Virus record (IMG/VR): IMGVR_UViG_3300032334_001259
Coordinates: 248,001 to 312,000 of that record
Reading direction: 5' to 3' (one strand)
Length of the DNA: 64,000 bases
The notes under the pieces: model-generated
Seen by the model: the letters and a program-made list of their open reading frames with translations, nothing else
Databases searched by the model: none
What the model was told of the DNA's origin: nothing
Made by a program: the position numbers and the translations under genes
Shown here: piece by piece, positions 20,481 to 30,068 of the stretch
Position numbering within the stretch: the stretch's first letter is position 1
How the letters are laid out: every line of letters starts with the position of its first letter

Positions 20481-20872
20481 CCTCGCCTACTCTTACTTCC
20501 TACTGTTGTCATATCTGTTTCAGGCGATGCATACTGATAACCACCCTTATTAAAAAGTGGCATACAGCGTGATGCTTTTAACATAATTTCTTTTTGCACT
20601 TCTGGACGTTCCTTGTGCAAATTGGTCATGATACCTTTCGCAAAACCGTTACCAACGCTATTACCAAGTTTACCGCTATCACGATCCAAAGAATAATCTG
20701 GTAAATCATTTTTATATTCTCCAACTTGACGCTTTTTAGCGGCAATTTGTGAAGGATGCAACCCACGTTTCATAAGCCATTGGTCATGGGCTGTCATTTT
20801 TTTGACAGTTGTAGACTTACATTTGGCTGTGCGGTTGCTTGTAAAATATGCTGGCAGTAGGTGCATGGTCAT
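20477..20872 (-). CDS. conserved phage hypothetical protein
   Basis: start revised to MTMHLLP because a TTGACA-17-TATACT promoter lies in the annotated 5' extension; C-terminal PLFNKGGYQY motif. Confidence 0.7.
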   Translation of the reverse strand: MTMHLLPAYFTSNRTAKCKSTTVKKMTAHDQWLMKRGLHPSQIAAKKRQVGEYKNDLPDYSLDRDSGKLGNSVGNGFAKGIMTNLHKERPEVQKEIMLKASRCMPLFNKGGYQYASPETDMTTVGSKSRRG

Positions 20873-20939
20873 AGGAATACCCCTGATTTCACAACTGCCT
20901 AGCAGTATATCATAGTTTTGCACCCTTGTCAAGTCCATT

Positions 20940-21257
20940 TTATGTCAGAGTTGTGCCATATTTTTCATTAATTTTAGCAATTTCTTCTTGTCGTTCATAA
21001 TTTCGTCGCAATTCATCAACGAGCCGCTGTTCGTTATAACGTTCACTTTCTACTTTATCTTTTGCCATCAAATAAACACAACCAGTAAGACCAACAAAAG
21101 ATAATAAAAATCCAAACGGAACCGCACTATCAAACAAATAATATGAAAGTATCATAAGTCCAAGTAGTGAACCAAATGCTCCACTTATAATTAAAATTCC
21201 ATATACCATGTAAAGTGAAAACTTCTTAAGAAGTCTTGTGTCGATTGTGTTCTGCAT
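20940..21257 (-). CDS. two-TM membrane protein
   Basis: two hydrophobic segments followed by a charged tail. Confidence 0.7.
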   Translation of the reverse strand: MQNTIDTRLLKKFSLYMVYGILIISGAFGSLLGLMILSYYLFDSAVPFGFLLSFVGLTGCVYLMAKDKVESERYNEQRLVDELRRNYERQEEIAKINEKYGTTLT

Positions 21258-21426
21258 CTTCTGCCTCTAACTGTATAATACCATCACGAATGTTCAACCG
21301 CTGTTTTTTAAGGTCAGCGATCATTTTTTCTTCCTGTGCATCAGGAAATTTATGCTTGCGTTCCAGTTCATCAATCTGGTCATCAAGCATTGTGTGCATC
21401 ATTTTAAGGTGATCAATTCTTCTCAT
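21226..21426 (-). CDS. DUF465/YdcH-like coiled-coil protein
   Basis: HL...H..LD.QI..LE...LKKQRL.IRD.I pattern; own promoter TTGACA-16-TAATAT at 21433-21460. Confidence 0.7.
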   Translation of the reverse strand: MRRIDHLKMMHTMLDDQIDELERKHKFPDAQEEKMIADLKKQRLNIRDGIIQLEAEDAEHNRHKTS

Positions 21427-21508
21427 ACACTTATATTATCACAAAATTGTAAGTTGTCAAGATTTATTTTTTTGTAGACATATGGATTTATATATATTAT
21501 AAGATAAT

Positions 21509-22672
21509 ATGTTTTTCTCAATTTCTAAAAACAAAAAAGACAATTTTCCAAACCATTACGACTTTGATGATTACATCGTAAACACTGATGCTGGTTGGAA
21601 ACAGGTGACAGTTAATGGATCACAATTGCTGTATAAAGGTTATACGGATCTTAATAGTATTGAAGAAAATTTAGAACAAATTATTAAAGAAGAATCACCT
21701 ACATTTCTTGGTAATTTCTGTGTTATAGTAAAATTTAAAGAAACAAATAAAATTATTACAGATTTATACAGAGGGTTTCCAATAAGTTTCAATGAAAATG
21801 AAATTACAAATTTAGAAAATATTGGTCAACCTGTTTGGTCTAATAATTTACTTTCTTTTGATAATGAATTTAAGGTTGAAATTACAACTATAGATACTAC
21901 TGGAGAAATTGAAACTGACCTACTAAATGAAGAAGAAGCGTTAACTAAAGTTGATGATATATTATCGTTGAAAACACAAAATTTTTTAAAAAGTAATACA
22001 TTACCTATAAAAGTTTTTTTAAGTGGTGGTATAGATTCACTTCTTGTTTTCAGCTACATTCAAAAATACACCAATGACTATGAATTAATATTAAGCCAGC
22101 ACATTGATTTTGATTATTTTTGGCTTAAAAATTCATACACTTTACAAAAATATTGGGGGTATAAACAAATTCACCACTGGAATGAAGATTGTATATTAAC
22201 AAGTGGTGCGCCAGGTGATGAGTTTATGCTACGCAGTCCATCAACTGCAAATATGTTTTGTAGATTTTATAATCAGTCTATTCCTAAACTTCTTTCAAGT
22301 GGAAATCATAAGGATAGTTTACATTATGATTATTTTTCTCTTGATAAACATATGAAAGTTTTTTCACAACAAGAAAATGAAAATCACAAAATAGAAAATT
22401 TTACTGAACTGACAAAATTTTTATGCAATATAAATTTAAATGATTTCCAACATTGGCATTTGGGAAAAACATTAAATTGGACACCATTAAGAGATTTGAA
22501 TATTTTTAAGATAATGATTAGATTGCAGTTTGAAATAGCAGAAAAACAAATTATGGACAGTCATTTTAGTAAAAAATTAATAGAAAGAAATAATCCAGAT
22601 TTGTTAAAGTTATTGAGTGATGACAAAAATAGTGGCAATTACTTAAGCAATCTTGTTCACTTAATTAATTGA
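21509..22672 (+). CDS. asparagine synthetase-like (PP-loop ATP pyrophosphatase) protein
   Basis: FLSGGIDS and SGAPGDE motifs; degenerate GATase-like N-terminus. Confidence 0.65.
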   Translation: MFFSISKNKKDNFPNHYDFDDYIVNTDAGWKQVTVNGSQLLYKGYTDLNSIEENLEQIIKEESPTFLGNFCVIVKFKETNKIITDLYRGFPISFNENEITNLENIGQPVWSNNLLSFDNEFKVEITTIDTTGEIETDLLNEEEALTKVDDILSLKTQNFLKSNTLPIKVFLSGGIDSLLVFSYIQKYTNDYELILSQHIDFDYFWLKNSYTLQKYWGYKQIHHWNEDCILTSGAPGDEFMLRSPSTANMFCRFYNQSIPKLLSSGNHKDSLHYDYFSLDKHMKVFSQQENENHKIENFTELTKFLCNINLNDFQHWHLGKTLNWTPLRDLNIFKIMIRLQFEIAEKQIMDSHFSKKLIERNNPDLLKLLSDDKNSGNYLSNLVHLIN

Positions 22673-23775
22673 TATAAAAATTCGCTATAATCTTCTGCTT
22701 TAATACCTTTAACTTTATCCATCTTGTGGACAAAATCAATAAATTTTTTATGATTAACTTCATCATAATTGTTATTGGATAATATTTCTTTGTAATTCTT
22801 GATAGCATTGATTGCATTTATCTGCTGCATAGCTTCAATATTACTTGATAATAAAATTTTTATAGTTTCTTCTAAAGATTCAATTATTTTCTCTCTTAAC
22901 TCAATAGGTATAATTTCTAGTTTAAGGTGAGGTTCTTGAACAACTCCAAATGTAACTTGATGCCAATCATCTGATACAAATGCGATTAATTCTTTGATGT
23001 AAGAAATATTATATGCACTTACTGTAATATTAACACATGCTTCTACGTGTGAATATTTTTTGCATCTTAAATAATTTTCTTTAACTTTATCCCAGTTACT
23101 ACCAAATCTAATGTATTCGGAACTTTTTCCAACACTATCAATGCTAAAAACTAATTTAATTTTACCATTATAATTTTCAATAAAATCATAATCAATGAAA
23201 GTGCCATTGGTGAAAATAATAATATTTGCTTTTAAATTATTTTTTGCAAATGATAAAAACTTTAAACAATTCTTATCATAGAATGGTTCTCCACCCAATA
23301 CAACAACATCTTTAATTCTATGTTTTATTGAAGATAGTATTTCAAAATCAGTATGACTTGATGATATCTTTTTGTTTGGTATTATATCTGCAGAAACGTA
23401 ATATTGATAAACACGACTACTTGCTTCTGGCCAACAAGTTTGACACGCAAGATTACAAGTATTACCAGGTCTTATTTCTAATGTTATATCGTCGTCTGCA
23501 TAATTTCCGTATGAACTCGCTCCATTTAAACGAGTGCTATCACCACGTCCTTGGTCTTCTAATTTCTGACATTTGTAACATTCTTTTGGCCAGATATTAT
23601 TAGCGAGTTGTTCTCGTAAATGTTTTACATCATCTTTATCATGCCAGATTGATAAGTCATTGTTAGCTATCTGATTATTTTCTATCCAATTATTATCTGG
23701 CACAAATGAACAACAGGGGACTATAGTTTTATCATATTTTAAACTAAATCCGTGTGATAAAAATTTACATTCCAT
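22657..23775 (-). CDS. radical SAM protein with N-terminal twitch/SPASM-like domain
   Basis: CNLACQTC, GGEP and TNG; N-terminal PCC...C..C. Confidence 0.9.
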   Translation of the reverse strand: MECKFLSHGFSLKYDKTIVPCCSFVPDNNWIENNQIANNDLSIWHDKDDVKHLREQLANNIWPKECYKCQKLEDQGRGDSTRLNGASSYGNYADDDITLEIRPGNTCNLACQTCWPEASSRVYQYYVSADIIPNKKISSSHTDFEILSSIKHRIKDVVVLGGEPFYDKNCLKFLSFAKNNLKANIIIFTNGTFIDYDFIENYNGKIKLVFSIDSVGKSSEYIRFGSNWDKVKENYLRCKKYSHVEACVNITVSAYNISYIKELIAFVSDDWHQVTFGVVQEPHLKLEIIPIELREKIIESLEETIKILLSSNIEAMQQINAINAIKNYKEILSNNNYDEVNHKKFIDFVHKMDKVKGIKAEDYSEFLYQLIK

Positions 23776-23819
23776 GAAAATGTATTTAAGTTGGTAAAAA
23801 TCATTAAATAATTTTGCTT

Positions 23820-24475
23820 ATGTCTTTCTTGTCACATATTTTTAACTTTGTAATATACCCAAAAGGTGCATGTGGTCAGCATTTATCTAATTTAATAAAT
23901 TTAGATGAAACTTTTAATAGTTCAGATTATGAATTAAACAAAGAGCAATTTTGTTTATATCTGGAAAACTTTTATGAAAATTACAATTTTAATACTAATG
24001 GATTATCAAAAAAAAACACACAAAATATCATACTATAATAGGTGGTCCTGAATGGTTATTAAATTTAAAAAAATTAGATTTATCATATAAAAATAGTGTG
24101 CATAAAGGACATATACGTAATTTTGAAACAAGTTGGTATAATAAAATAATTAAAACTTTCAAAAATTGTCGATATGTCATAATACAAATTACTACTGAAA
24201 GAAGCGATGAAATTTTAAAAAATCGTAAAAATAAAATGCCTACACTTGACGAAACTGAACATGAAGTAAATATGTATAATAATTTAAACTTACCTGTATT
24301 CAATGAATTACCAAATTTTGTTCATGAAAATATTATCACCATTGAATTAGAAGAAGTATATAAACCAGATATAAAAGATATTATAGAAAAAATTAATAAA
24401 AAATTTAATCTGAATATCCCAATTGATAAAGCACAATTCTTACATAAGTTTTGGTATAATTCAAATATCAGTTAG
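23820..24475 (+). pseudogene. frameshifted (or recoded) gene, possibly sulfotransferase/P-loop-like
   Basis: ORF1 ends at 24038; the -1 frame is open from 23999 to 24475; the junction is an A9 tract at 24008-24016. Confidence 0.55.
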
Positions 24476-24913
24476 TTCTTTATGACGACTTAAACGATCT
24501 TGCAAAGCATTTGTAAGTTGTTTTAAGGGGATTTTATTTTCACGATAGCCTTGGGCTATGAAGTTTATATATTTTTTAGTTGGTAAATGTTTATCATGGT
24601 AGTTACTGAACATTTGATAAGCATAGGCTTTGTAAATCTTTCCACCATAATTTACAGGAACTATAAGGTGCTTGTAATGACTGCGATGATCTTCCAATGC
24701 ATCCAATTTAGGAACAGCATCTTTTGGGATAGCGTATAACACACCTTGAATAGTAGAGTTTTTATCAGGACGTATATCACTAAAATGTTCAAGTGACATC
24801 TTATAACCATGAACACTTGCACGACCAAGAAGTCTTGCTTCTGGAACTCGTTTGTGCATTTCACCTACATTTGTATTGTGTCCGTAACTAAAATATAATA
24901 CTTCATCAGCCAT
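24461..24913 (-). CDS. gamma-glutamylcyclotransferase-like protein
   Basis: YFSYGHN, GVLY and LDALE motifs; start revised to MADEV. Confidence 0.8.
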   Translation of the reverse strand: MADEVLYFSYGHNTNVGEMHKRVPEARLLGRASVHGYKMSLEHFSDIRPDKNSTIQGVLYAIPKDAVPKLDALEDHRSHYKHLIVPVNYGGKIYKAYAYQMFSNYHDKHLPTKKYINFIAQGYRENKIPLKQLTNALQDRLSRHKELTDI

Positions 24914-24921
24914 AGTATTAC

Positions 24922-25497
24922 TTATTTTAAAAGTTGTGAGAATATAAAGTGACAACTTATACGATTTTCAATTAGACCAATGTCACCTATCATTTCATGC
25001 CATTGGTCATAATCGTTAACTTGTAAGTAACCTGTATTCATTTCATAGGGAAAGAAATATTTTGGTTTAGTTTTTTCACGGTAATAATAAAATTTAGTTC
25101 CCAGATCATTATCACTTTCACTCAAATATACTTGCATACTGATGGGAATATTAAAATAACCTTTTTGTTCAACTTCTACAGGATCAAAGTCACGGTGTAT
25201 TGGACTTTTATATCCATGCATATCTCGCCATAAACTTACAATGGTTCTATCTGGATATTGGAATTGCCAATTTAATTTTTCTTGTAATTCTGCGGCAATA
25301 CCAATGCTTATTCTTTTAAGTTGCGATAACTCCTTGCAACTTTGAAGTTTTAGTAGTTTTCTTGGAAATTCTTCTTGTTTAAGTTGAACATCCCATTCGT
25401 AATCATCCCAATTTGCTGTTTTACAAAATTCTACAATTTCCTGTGGAAATACATCCGTAACACGATACAGATTGCTTGCCACAGGAATTATATTCAT
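24922..25497 (-). CDS. 2OG-Fe(II) oxygenase-like protein
   Basis: HxD (IHRD), QVYL, GTKFY, distal WH and RIS motifs. Confidence 0.65.
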   Translation of the reverse strand: MNIIPVASNLYRVTDVFPQEIVEFCKTANWDDYEWDVQLKQEEFPRKLLKLQSCKELSQLKRISIGIAAELQEKLNWQFQYPDRTIVSLWRDMHGYKSPIHRDFDPVEVEQKGYFNIPISMQVYLSESDNDLGTKFYYYREKTKPKYFFPYEMNTGYLQVNDYDQWHEMIGDIGLIENRISCHFIFSQLLK

Positions 25498-26333
25498 TGG
25501 TCGTCTTCTGGTTTCCAACCCTTACAAATTGCTTTTTTATTTTCTGCAACTGCTTTAAAATCTACTGGCCAAAGTGGTGGTTTGTTCAACTTATTTGTGC
25601 CAGGTGGAACTGGAATAGAAAGACCTGTTGCAGCTTCAAGGTCTGCAATAGTAACTTGAACTTTAGTTAAATCATTGCCTTGATTTTCTGCTTGTGGAAA
25701 TAAGAAAGCCAATACTTCATTTGTCTGTGTATCAATTACAACTTTCCATAACTTATTTGGAACAGTAACCTTATTATTACCTATTGTTTTATCTTTACCA
25801 ACTGTGTAGACATCACCTGCATATATTACAAGAGTATGTTTACGACTGAATGTCCAAGCGCCTGTTGAAGTTTCAAGCAACTTCCAAATACCACGATTAA
25901 GACCAGGCAATTGTGGACTCATATTACTCATCAAAAATGATTCATATTCAACTTGTTGATCCCAAGATTGGTGTGCATCATTTGCAATATGTCCTTGGTC
26001 ATAACCACTGCCAGCATAATCACTTGGTGTGCTACGCTTATCAGCAGGTAGTGCGGCATCAGCAACAAATGCGTTGGTGCGCTTTACACAACCATTTACA
26101 TGTTCTGGTGTAATGTTCCAAGCTGCCCATAATGGAATCTTTGCTGCATTGTCGTGCATAATAAAATAACCTTGACGGCAAAGTGGTGTAGTGTCATGCT
26201 TACCACTGGCTACAATTTCACCATATGGCATAAATGCTTTACATACTTTTGGGTCTTGGTTTGGACGTTGGTCCCAAGCTAGTGCTAGAGAAGGTAGCAT
26301 AATTGCTACAAGTGCAATGATAAGTTTTTTCAT
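25494..26333 (-). CDS. secreted DNA/RNA non-specific endonuclease (NucA/EndA/EndoG family)
   Basis: signal peptide (SLALA); YDQGHIA (DRGH-like), SF.MSNMSPQ..LNRG.W..LE and VP...WKV motifs. Confidence 0.9.
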   Translation of the reverse strand: MKKLIIALVAIMLPSLALAWDQRPNQDPKVCKAFMPYGEIVASGKHDTTPLCRQGYFIMHDNAAKIPLWAAWNITPEHVNGCVKRTNAFVADAALPADKRSTPSDYAGSGYDQGHIANDAHQSWDQQVEYESFLMSNMSPQLPGLNRGIWKLLETSTGAWTFSRKHTLVIYAGDVYTVGKDKTIGNNKVTVPNKLWKVVIDTQTNEVLAFLFPQAENQGNDLTKVQVTIADLEAATGLSIPVPPGTNKLNKPPLWPVDFKAVAENKKAICKGWKPEDDQ

Positions 26334-26363
26334 TGATATTTCCTTTAATAATATTATTTACAT

Positions 26364-26397
26364 AAAAAAGCACCCATAGAAACTAATCTATGGGTGC
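26364..26397 (-). terminator. intrinsic terminator
   Basis: 11-bp stem GCACCCATAGA/TCTATGGGTGC, 6-nt loop, followed by U6. Confidence 0.85.
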
Positions 26398-26443
26398 CAA
26401 TTCTCACTTTATTATTCTATTATTTTTTATATTCTACACGTTA

Positions 26444-26542
26444 TAAGCTAGTTATTACATCTTATATTTTGTAAGTTTTTTAATTTTTAAGCTAGTTATT
26501 TTTCTAAAGTTAGTTTTCTACTGTTTCTATTTTAAGCTAGTT
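26444..26542. repeat. three exact 10-mers TAAGCTAGTT
   Basis: copies at 26444, 26488 and 26533 (periods 44 and 45). Confidence 0.85.
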
Positions 26543-26575
26543 GTAGGGGAGTTCCGCACTCGCCTACATTTTTAT

Positions 26576-26782
26576 TTAGCACTTAATACCGATATCACTC
26601 AACATTTCTTTCGCTTCACTACATTCTTGTTCTGTCAGTTCATCACTCATTGCACTTAAAAACAACAATTCAAGTTCAGTTTCATCAAGATTTGTTGTCC
26701 AATCAACAGGTTCTTCTTTTTGTGGCCAAGTTTGTTGAAAAGTAAACTTATAATTCCAAAAGTTTTGTTTATCGTTTTCCAT
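26576..26782 (-). CDS. hypothetical protein
   Basis: small acidic ORF. Confidence 0.55.
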   Translation of the reverse strand: MENDKQNFWNYKFTFQQTWPQKEEPVDWTTNLDETELELLFLSAMSDELTEQECSEAKEMLSDIGIKC

Positions 26783-26995
26783 TACCATGCCTCATAATCA
26801 GTTACATCTTTTTTAGCGATTTGTTGACCATCGTCATCAAAAGCGATAGCATTAATACTTTGACCAATGCCAGTAACATTTTCAGAAATAATCTTTACAC
26901 TTCTGGCAGTCATCATTAAATCACCATCAAGCCACTCTTTAATTTTAAAGAGTTCGTTAGTGAGAATGTGAACGCCAGTAGTGTTACGTTTTCTT

Positions 26996-27202
26996 TTAGT
27001 CACGATCCATTGCAGCCGCTTCGTTGATAAGTTCAACAAGTTCTTCAACTGAACTTACAAGAATCTTTGCACTCTTCCAATCTTCGTTACTATCACGACC
27101 ACTAATTTCAAACATATAACCATTGTCATACATTCTAATAGTAATATCTTCATTTACCTTTGCAAGTTTATCACCGATCTTCATAGTTTTTCCTTTTGCC
27201 AT
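26996..27202 (-). CDS. conserved phage hypothetical protein
   Basis: AAGGAG SD and TTGACA-16-TATACT promoter upstream; MYDNGYMFEISGR..DW motif. Confidence 0.75.
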   Translation of the reverse strand: MAKGKTMKIGDKLAKVNEDITIRMYDNGYMFEISGRDSNEDWKSAKILVSSVEELVELINEAAAMDRD

Positions 27203-27253
27203 TTCTCTCTCCTTATAAACATAGTATAGCATTAAATTAGCATATGTCAAGTA

Positions 27254-27616
27254 TTATTTTAACGAATATTTTTCTAACATATACAGCATATAATGAAAGA
27301 CTTTTGCACCATATCTTATTTTAAACGTATAAGTTCCAGGTGTATCCATATATCCATAGTGATTATAAAGAATTTTGTTATCAGATGACCTATATACCCC
27401 AAATCTATCCAATAAAACTAAATGTGTATCATCACACATGATTTTTTTAATAATTACTTTACCATAATCTAATTTGACACAAATGTTTGTTATAGTTTTA
27501 GGATCATGTTCAAACACATATACTTTGACCCCATCATCTGATTCTTCAATACAGTTAGGAGTTAAAGAATATTTTGAATTATCAAATGTTTCGAGATATA
27601 ATTTTATTTTTTGCAT
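27254..27616 (-). CDS. hypothetical protein
   Basis: overlaps the end of the radical SAM gene. Confidence 0.65.
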   Translation of the reverse strand: MQKIKLYLETFDNSKYSLTPNCIEESDDGVKVYVFEHDPKTITNICVKLDYGKVIIKKIMCDDTHLVLLDRFGVYRSSDNKILYNHYGYMDTPGTYTFKIRYGAKVFHYMLYMLEKYSLK

Positions 27617-29117
27617 TGGTTTCTTTATATATTTTCATCAAGTTATCAACTTCGGCAACCCATTTATTAATTACAAAAGCATCATGTCTTTCATAATTTA
27701 AACTATCTGCAAATTCAATTAGTCTATACCAACGGTCAATTCTTACATCAAAAGTATTTTCTGGGTTAACAGTGCTTGTCCAAAATTTTTGATATAAGTG
27801 TAAATCAACATTATGTGTTAACCCATGAGATTTCATTATTTCTCGATTGGTAAAAAGAGGTGCATTTTCATTTAACATGAGTGTTGGACTTGCAACCCAT
27901 GTTATCATCTTATTTGCAGCAAGATGTGAATGTCTTTTAAACATTTCTAAAGTTTGTTGAAAATCTTCTTCGGTTTCTGTTGGATAACCAACAATCATTA
28001 ACCATATTTGTTTAATGCCAACCCTGTGCAAATTTTGAATACTATAATCAAGATCGTCATTATTGAATTTCTTTTTCATATCAAACCTTACACGTTCACT
28101 ACCGCTCTCTACACCAATGCTCCACCGTTTGCAACCTGCTCTTGCAGCCAAGTCAAAATCTTCTTCTGGCATTTGATGTTTTCCACGGAAAATAGCATAG
28201 CCTTGATAACTAATTTCATTGGGAATTTCTTTTGCTAAAATTTCATTGATGCGTCTATAATTGGTGACACTACCGTTTATTAAGTTATCTGTAAACTCTA
28301 CATTACGAATACCAGTATTTCTATAATAAGAAATTATTTCGTTTGCTACTTTTTCAGGATCTCTATATATAAATTTTGGCCAAAAACTTTCAACATCACA
28401 AAATGTGCATTTTCTTATACAACCTTTACTTCCTGTTACAACAAAATAAGGTTCTTGAACTATTCTCTCTAGGGTAGGATGGTTTTCAAGTTTTTTGTAT
28501 TTAGTTAAATCATAATCACTATATTTTGGAAGTGGAACTAAATCTAAATCTTCTTTAGTTTGTTGTGGAGATTCATAAATTCCTGTAATATTTTCTTTTA
28601 TTACTGTTATAATACTACTTTCCGCATCACCTACTACAACAGTGTCAGCAATACCATTCTCAATAAAATTGACATAGTGTTTTTTAGAATTTGTAGTTAA
28701 ACCACTTGTAACTTCTAAACCCTTACCACCAGCAATAATTTTAATATGGGGGTAATATCTTCTTATCAAATAACTTATAATAAAAGAAAAATCTAAACTT
28801 TCACTTGTAAAAATACTTAAACCAATCCATTCTGGATTATGTGTGATTACTAAATTGTTTAAAAATTTTTTAGTAAATTTTAATATATCTAAAAATAATC
28901 TACGTGGAAGTTTAAAGTCATACACATATCCAATGCAAAAAGTATTTTTTACCCCGATCCAATGGGGATTATCTATAAATTTTTCAAGAAAAAGTGTATT
29001 AAAATCAACAGCAGTTGCAGTTATGCCTGCATCATTTAAGCAAGCACTTAATAAAATCGGCGCAACTTGAGGATGTGGGTGTATATAAGGAACACTTAAT
29101 ATTACTACTTTAGACAT
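27582..29117 (-). CDS. B12-binding radical SAM enzyme
   Basis: N-terminal cobalamin-binding-type domain (IGLSIF, GG, GDAE); KGCIRKCTFC; GVESGS; VGYPTE. Confidence 0.9.
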   Translation of the reverse strand: MSKVVILSVPYIHPHPQVAPILLSACLNDAGITATAVDFNTLFLEKFIDNPHWIGVKNTFCIGYVYDFKLPRRLFLDILKFTKKFLNNLVITHNPEWIGLSIFTSESLDFSFIISYLIRRYYPHIKIIAGGKGLEVTSGLTTNSKKHYVNFIENGIADTVVVGDAESSIITVIKENITGIYESPQQTKEDLDLVPLPKYSDYDLTKYKKLENHPTLERIVQEPYFVVTGSKGCIRKCTFCDVESFWPKFIYRDPEKVANEIISYYRNTGIRNVEFTDNLINGSVTNYRRINEILAKEIPNEISYQGYAIFRGKHQMPEEDFDLAARAGCKRWSIGVESGSERVRFDMKKKFNNDDLDYSIQNLHRVGIKQIWLMIVGYPTETEEDFQQTLEMFKRHSHLAANKMITWVASPTLMLNENAPLFTNREIMKSHGLTHNVDLHLYQKFWTSTVNPENTFDVRIDRWYRLIEFADSLNYERHDAFVINKWVAEVDNLMKIYKETNAKNKIISRNI

Positions 29118-29122
29118 TGACC

Positions 29123-29440
29123 TTATTTAAACGCACAAAATAATGGTTTAACATCTTTAGAACCATCACTCATTGTAAAAAATCCCCAAGCCTCTTTTGT
29201 TTTAACATTCCAAACAACCTTAAACATATTGCCATTTGCATATTGTACAACTGTGAGATTAGGGTCATCCCAATAAGTTTTAGCGGGTTGAAAATCTCTA
29301 TCACCCCACTGTATCATAGCAGTGCTTCCACCTTCAACGACAGTGAAATTTTCACCAGTTTGAAAAGCACATACAATACTATTTGTTTTAGCCACTGCAG
29401 GCGTAGCAAAAAGCAACGCTGCTAATAAAATCTTCTTCAT
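29123..29440 (-). CDS. secreted/periplasmic hypothetical protein
   Basis: MKKILLAALLFATPAVA signal peptide; two Cys. Confidence 0.7.
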   Translation of the reverse strand: MKKILLAALLFATPAVAKTNSIVCAFQTGENFTVVEGGSTAMIQWGDRDFQPAKTYWDDPNLTVVQYANGNMFKVVWNVKTKEAWGFFTMSDGSKDVKPLFCAFK

Positions 29441-29799
29441 GCTACGCTCCATGTATAATCATCAACTGTCATAACAGTTTCCATACCATCATATTCATCA
29501 ATCCGATACTTTGTGCCAGATGGTAATTCACGGATTTGCAAATCACTAAAACGGTCACTTGCCTTATCACCCAATTCTTCTACAACCTGCACAAGGTTAG
29601 GATCAGTGCGTGAAATATCATGGTCGGACCAGTATTCGCCATCACGTTTCCAATGGCTAAAAAACTCGTTATCATTATCTTCACCAAGTGTCATTTTGGC
29701 ACTTTCCAAAGTAAAGCCACTCAATTCAGCATACCGAAGAATTGCCTCTTTAGACAATCCAAATCCACCATAACATGCATTATATACAATTTTGGTCAT
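29437..29799 (-). CDS. conserved phage hypothetical protein
   Basis: KIVYNACYGGFGLS, RTDP.LVQVVEELG and I.EYDG.E motifs. Confidence 0.8.
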   Translation of the reverse strand: MTKIVYNACYGGFGLSKEAILRYAELSGFTLESAKMTLGEDNDNEFFSHWKRDGEYWSDHDISRTDPNLVQVVEELGDKASDRFSDLQIRELPSGTKYRIDEYDGMETVMTVDDYTWSVA

Positions 29800-30068
29800 A
29801 TGCCTACTGCCTCTGCTCTTTCACGATCTATACTCATAATAACACTGTTACCAATATCTGTCAAGTCATTATTTGGGAAGAAAATGTAAGCATTTGGGTC
29901 ATTTACCTTGGTGCCGTTTAGCCGTATGCCGCCGCTATCTACCAAACGGTTGAACTCACCTTTACTTTTAGCAAGTTTAGCATCTACGCCAATCTGTGCC
30001 AAGTCAATAGCACGAGCATATTCTGCCAGTGGAATATATTGCCAAGTTGTCAAGATTTCTTCTAACAC
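29796..30068 (-). CDS. stand-alone S4-like RNA-binding domain (TyrRS C-terminal type)
   Basis: LAKSKGEFNRLVDSGGIRLNGTKVND matches the S4 consensus. Confidence 0.7.
   Translation of the reverse strand: MLEEILTTWQYIPLAEYARAIDLAQIGVDAKLAKSKGEFNRLVDSGGIRLNGTKVNDPNAYIFFPNNDLTDIGNSVIMSIDRERAEAVGI

Larger units (their letters stand above)
26364..26569 (-). ncRNA. candidate stand-alone small RNA with three periodic AACTAGCTTA repeats
   Basis: TAAATA at 26573-26578, 5' hairpin TGTAGG...CCTACA, A-rich body, terminator; no credible ORF. Confidence 0.5.

Noticed and set aside
26444-26542. Mini-CRISPR array (repeats with 34-35-nt gaps)
   Set aside because: The repeats are only 10 nt, the gaps are low-complexity A-rich sequence, and no cas genes are in the window; kept as an ncRNA or binding-site candidate instead.
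26782-27048. 88-aa ORF as annotated
   Set aside because: Its 5' part overlaps the upstream gene in another frame and no clear start or SD was found; a shorter gene probably exists here but its boundaries could not be fixed.
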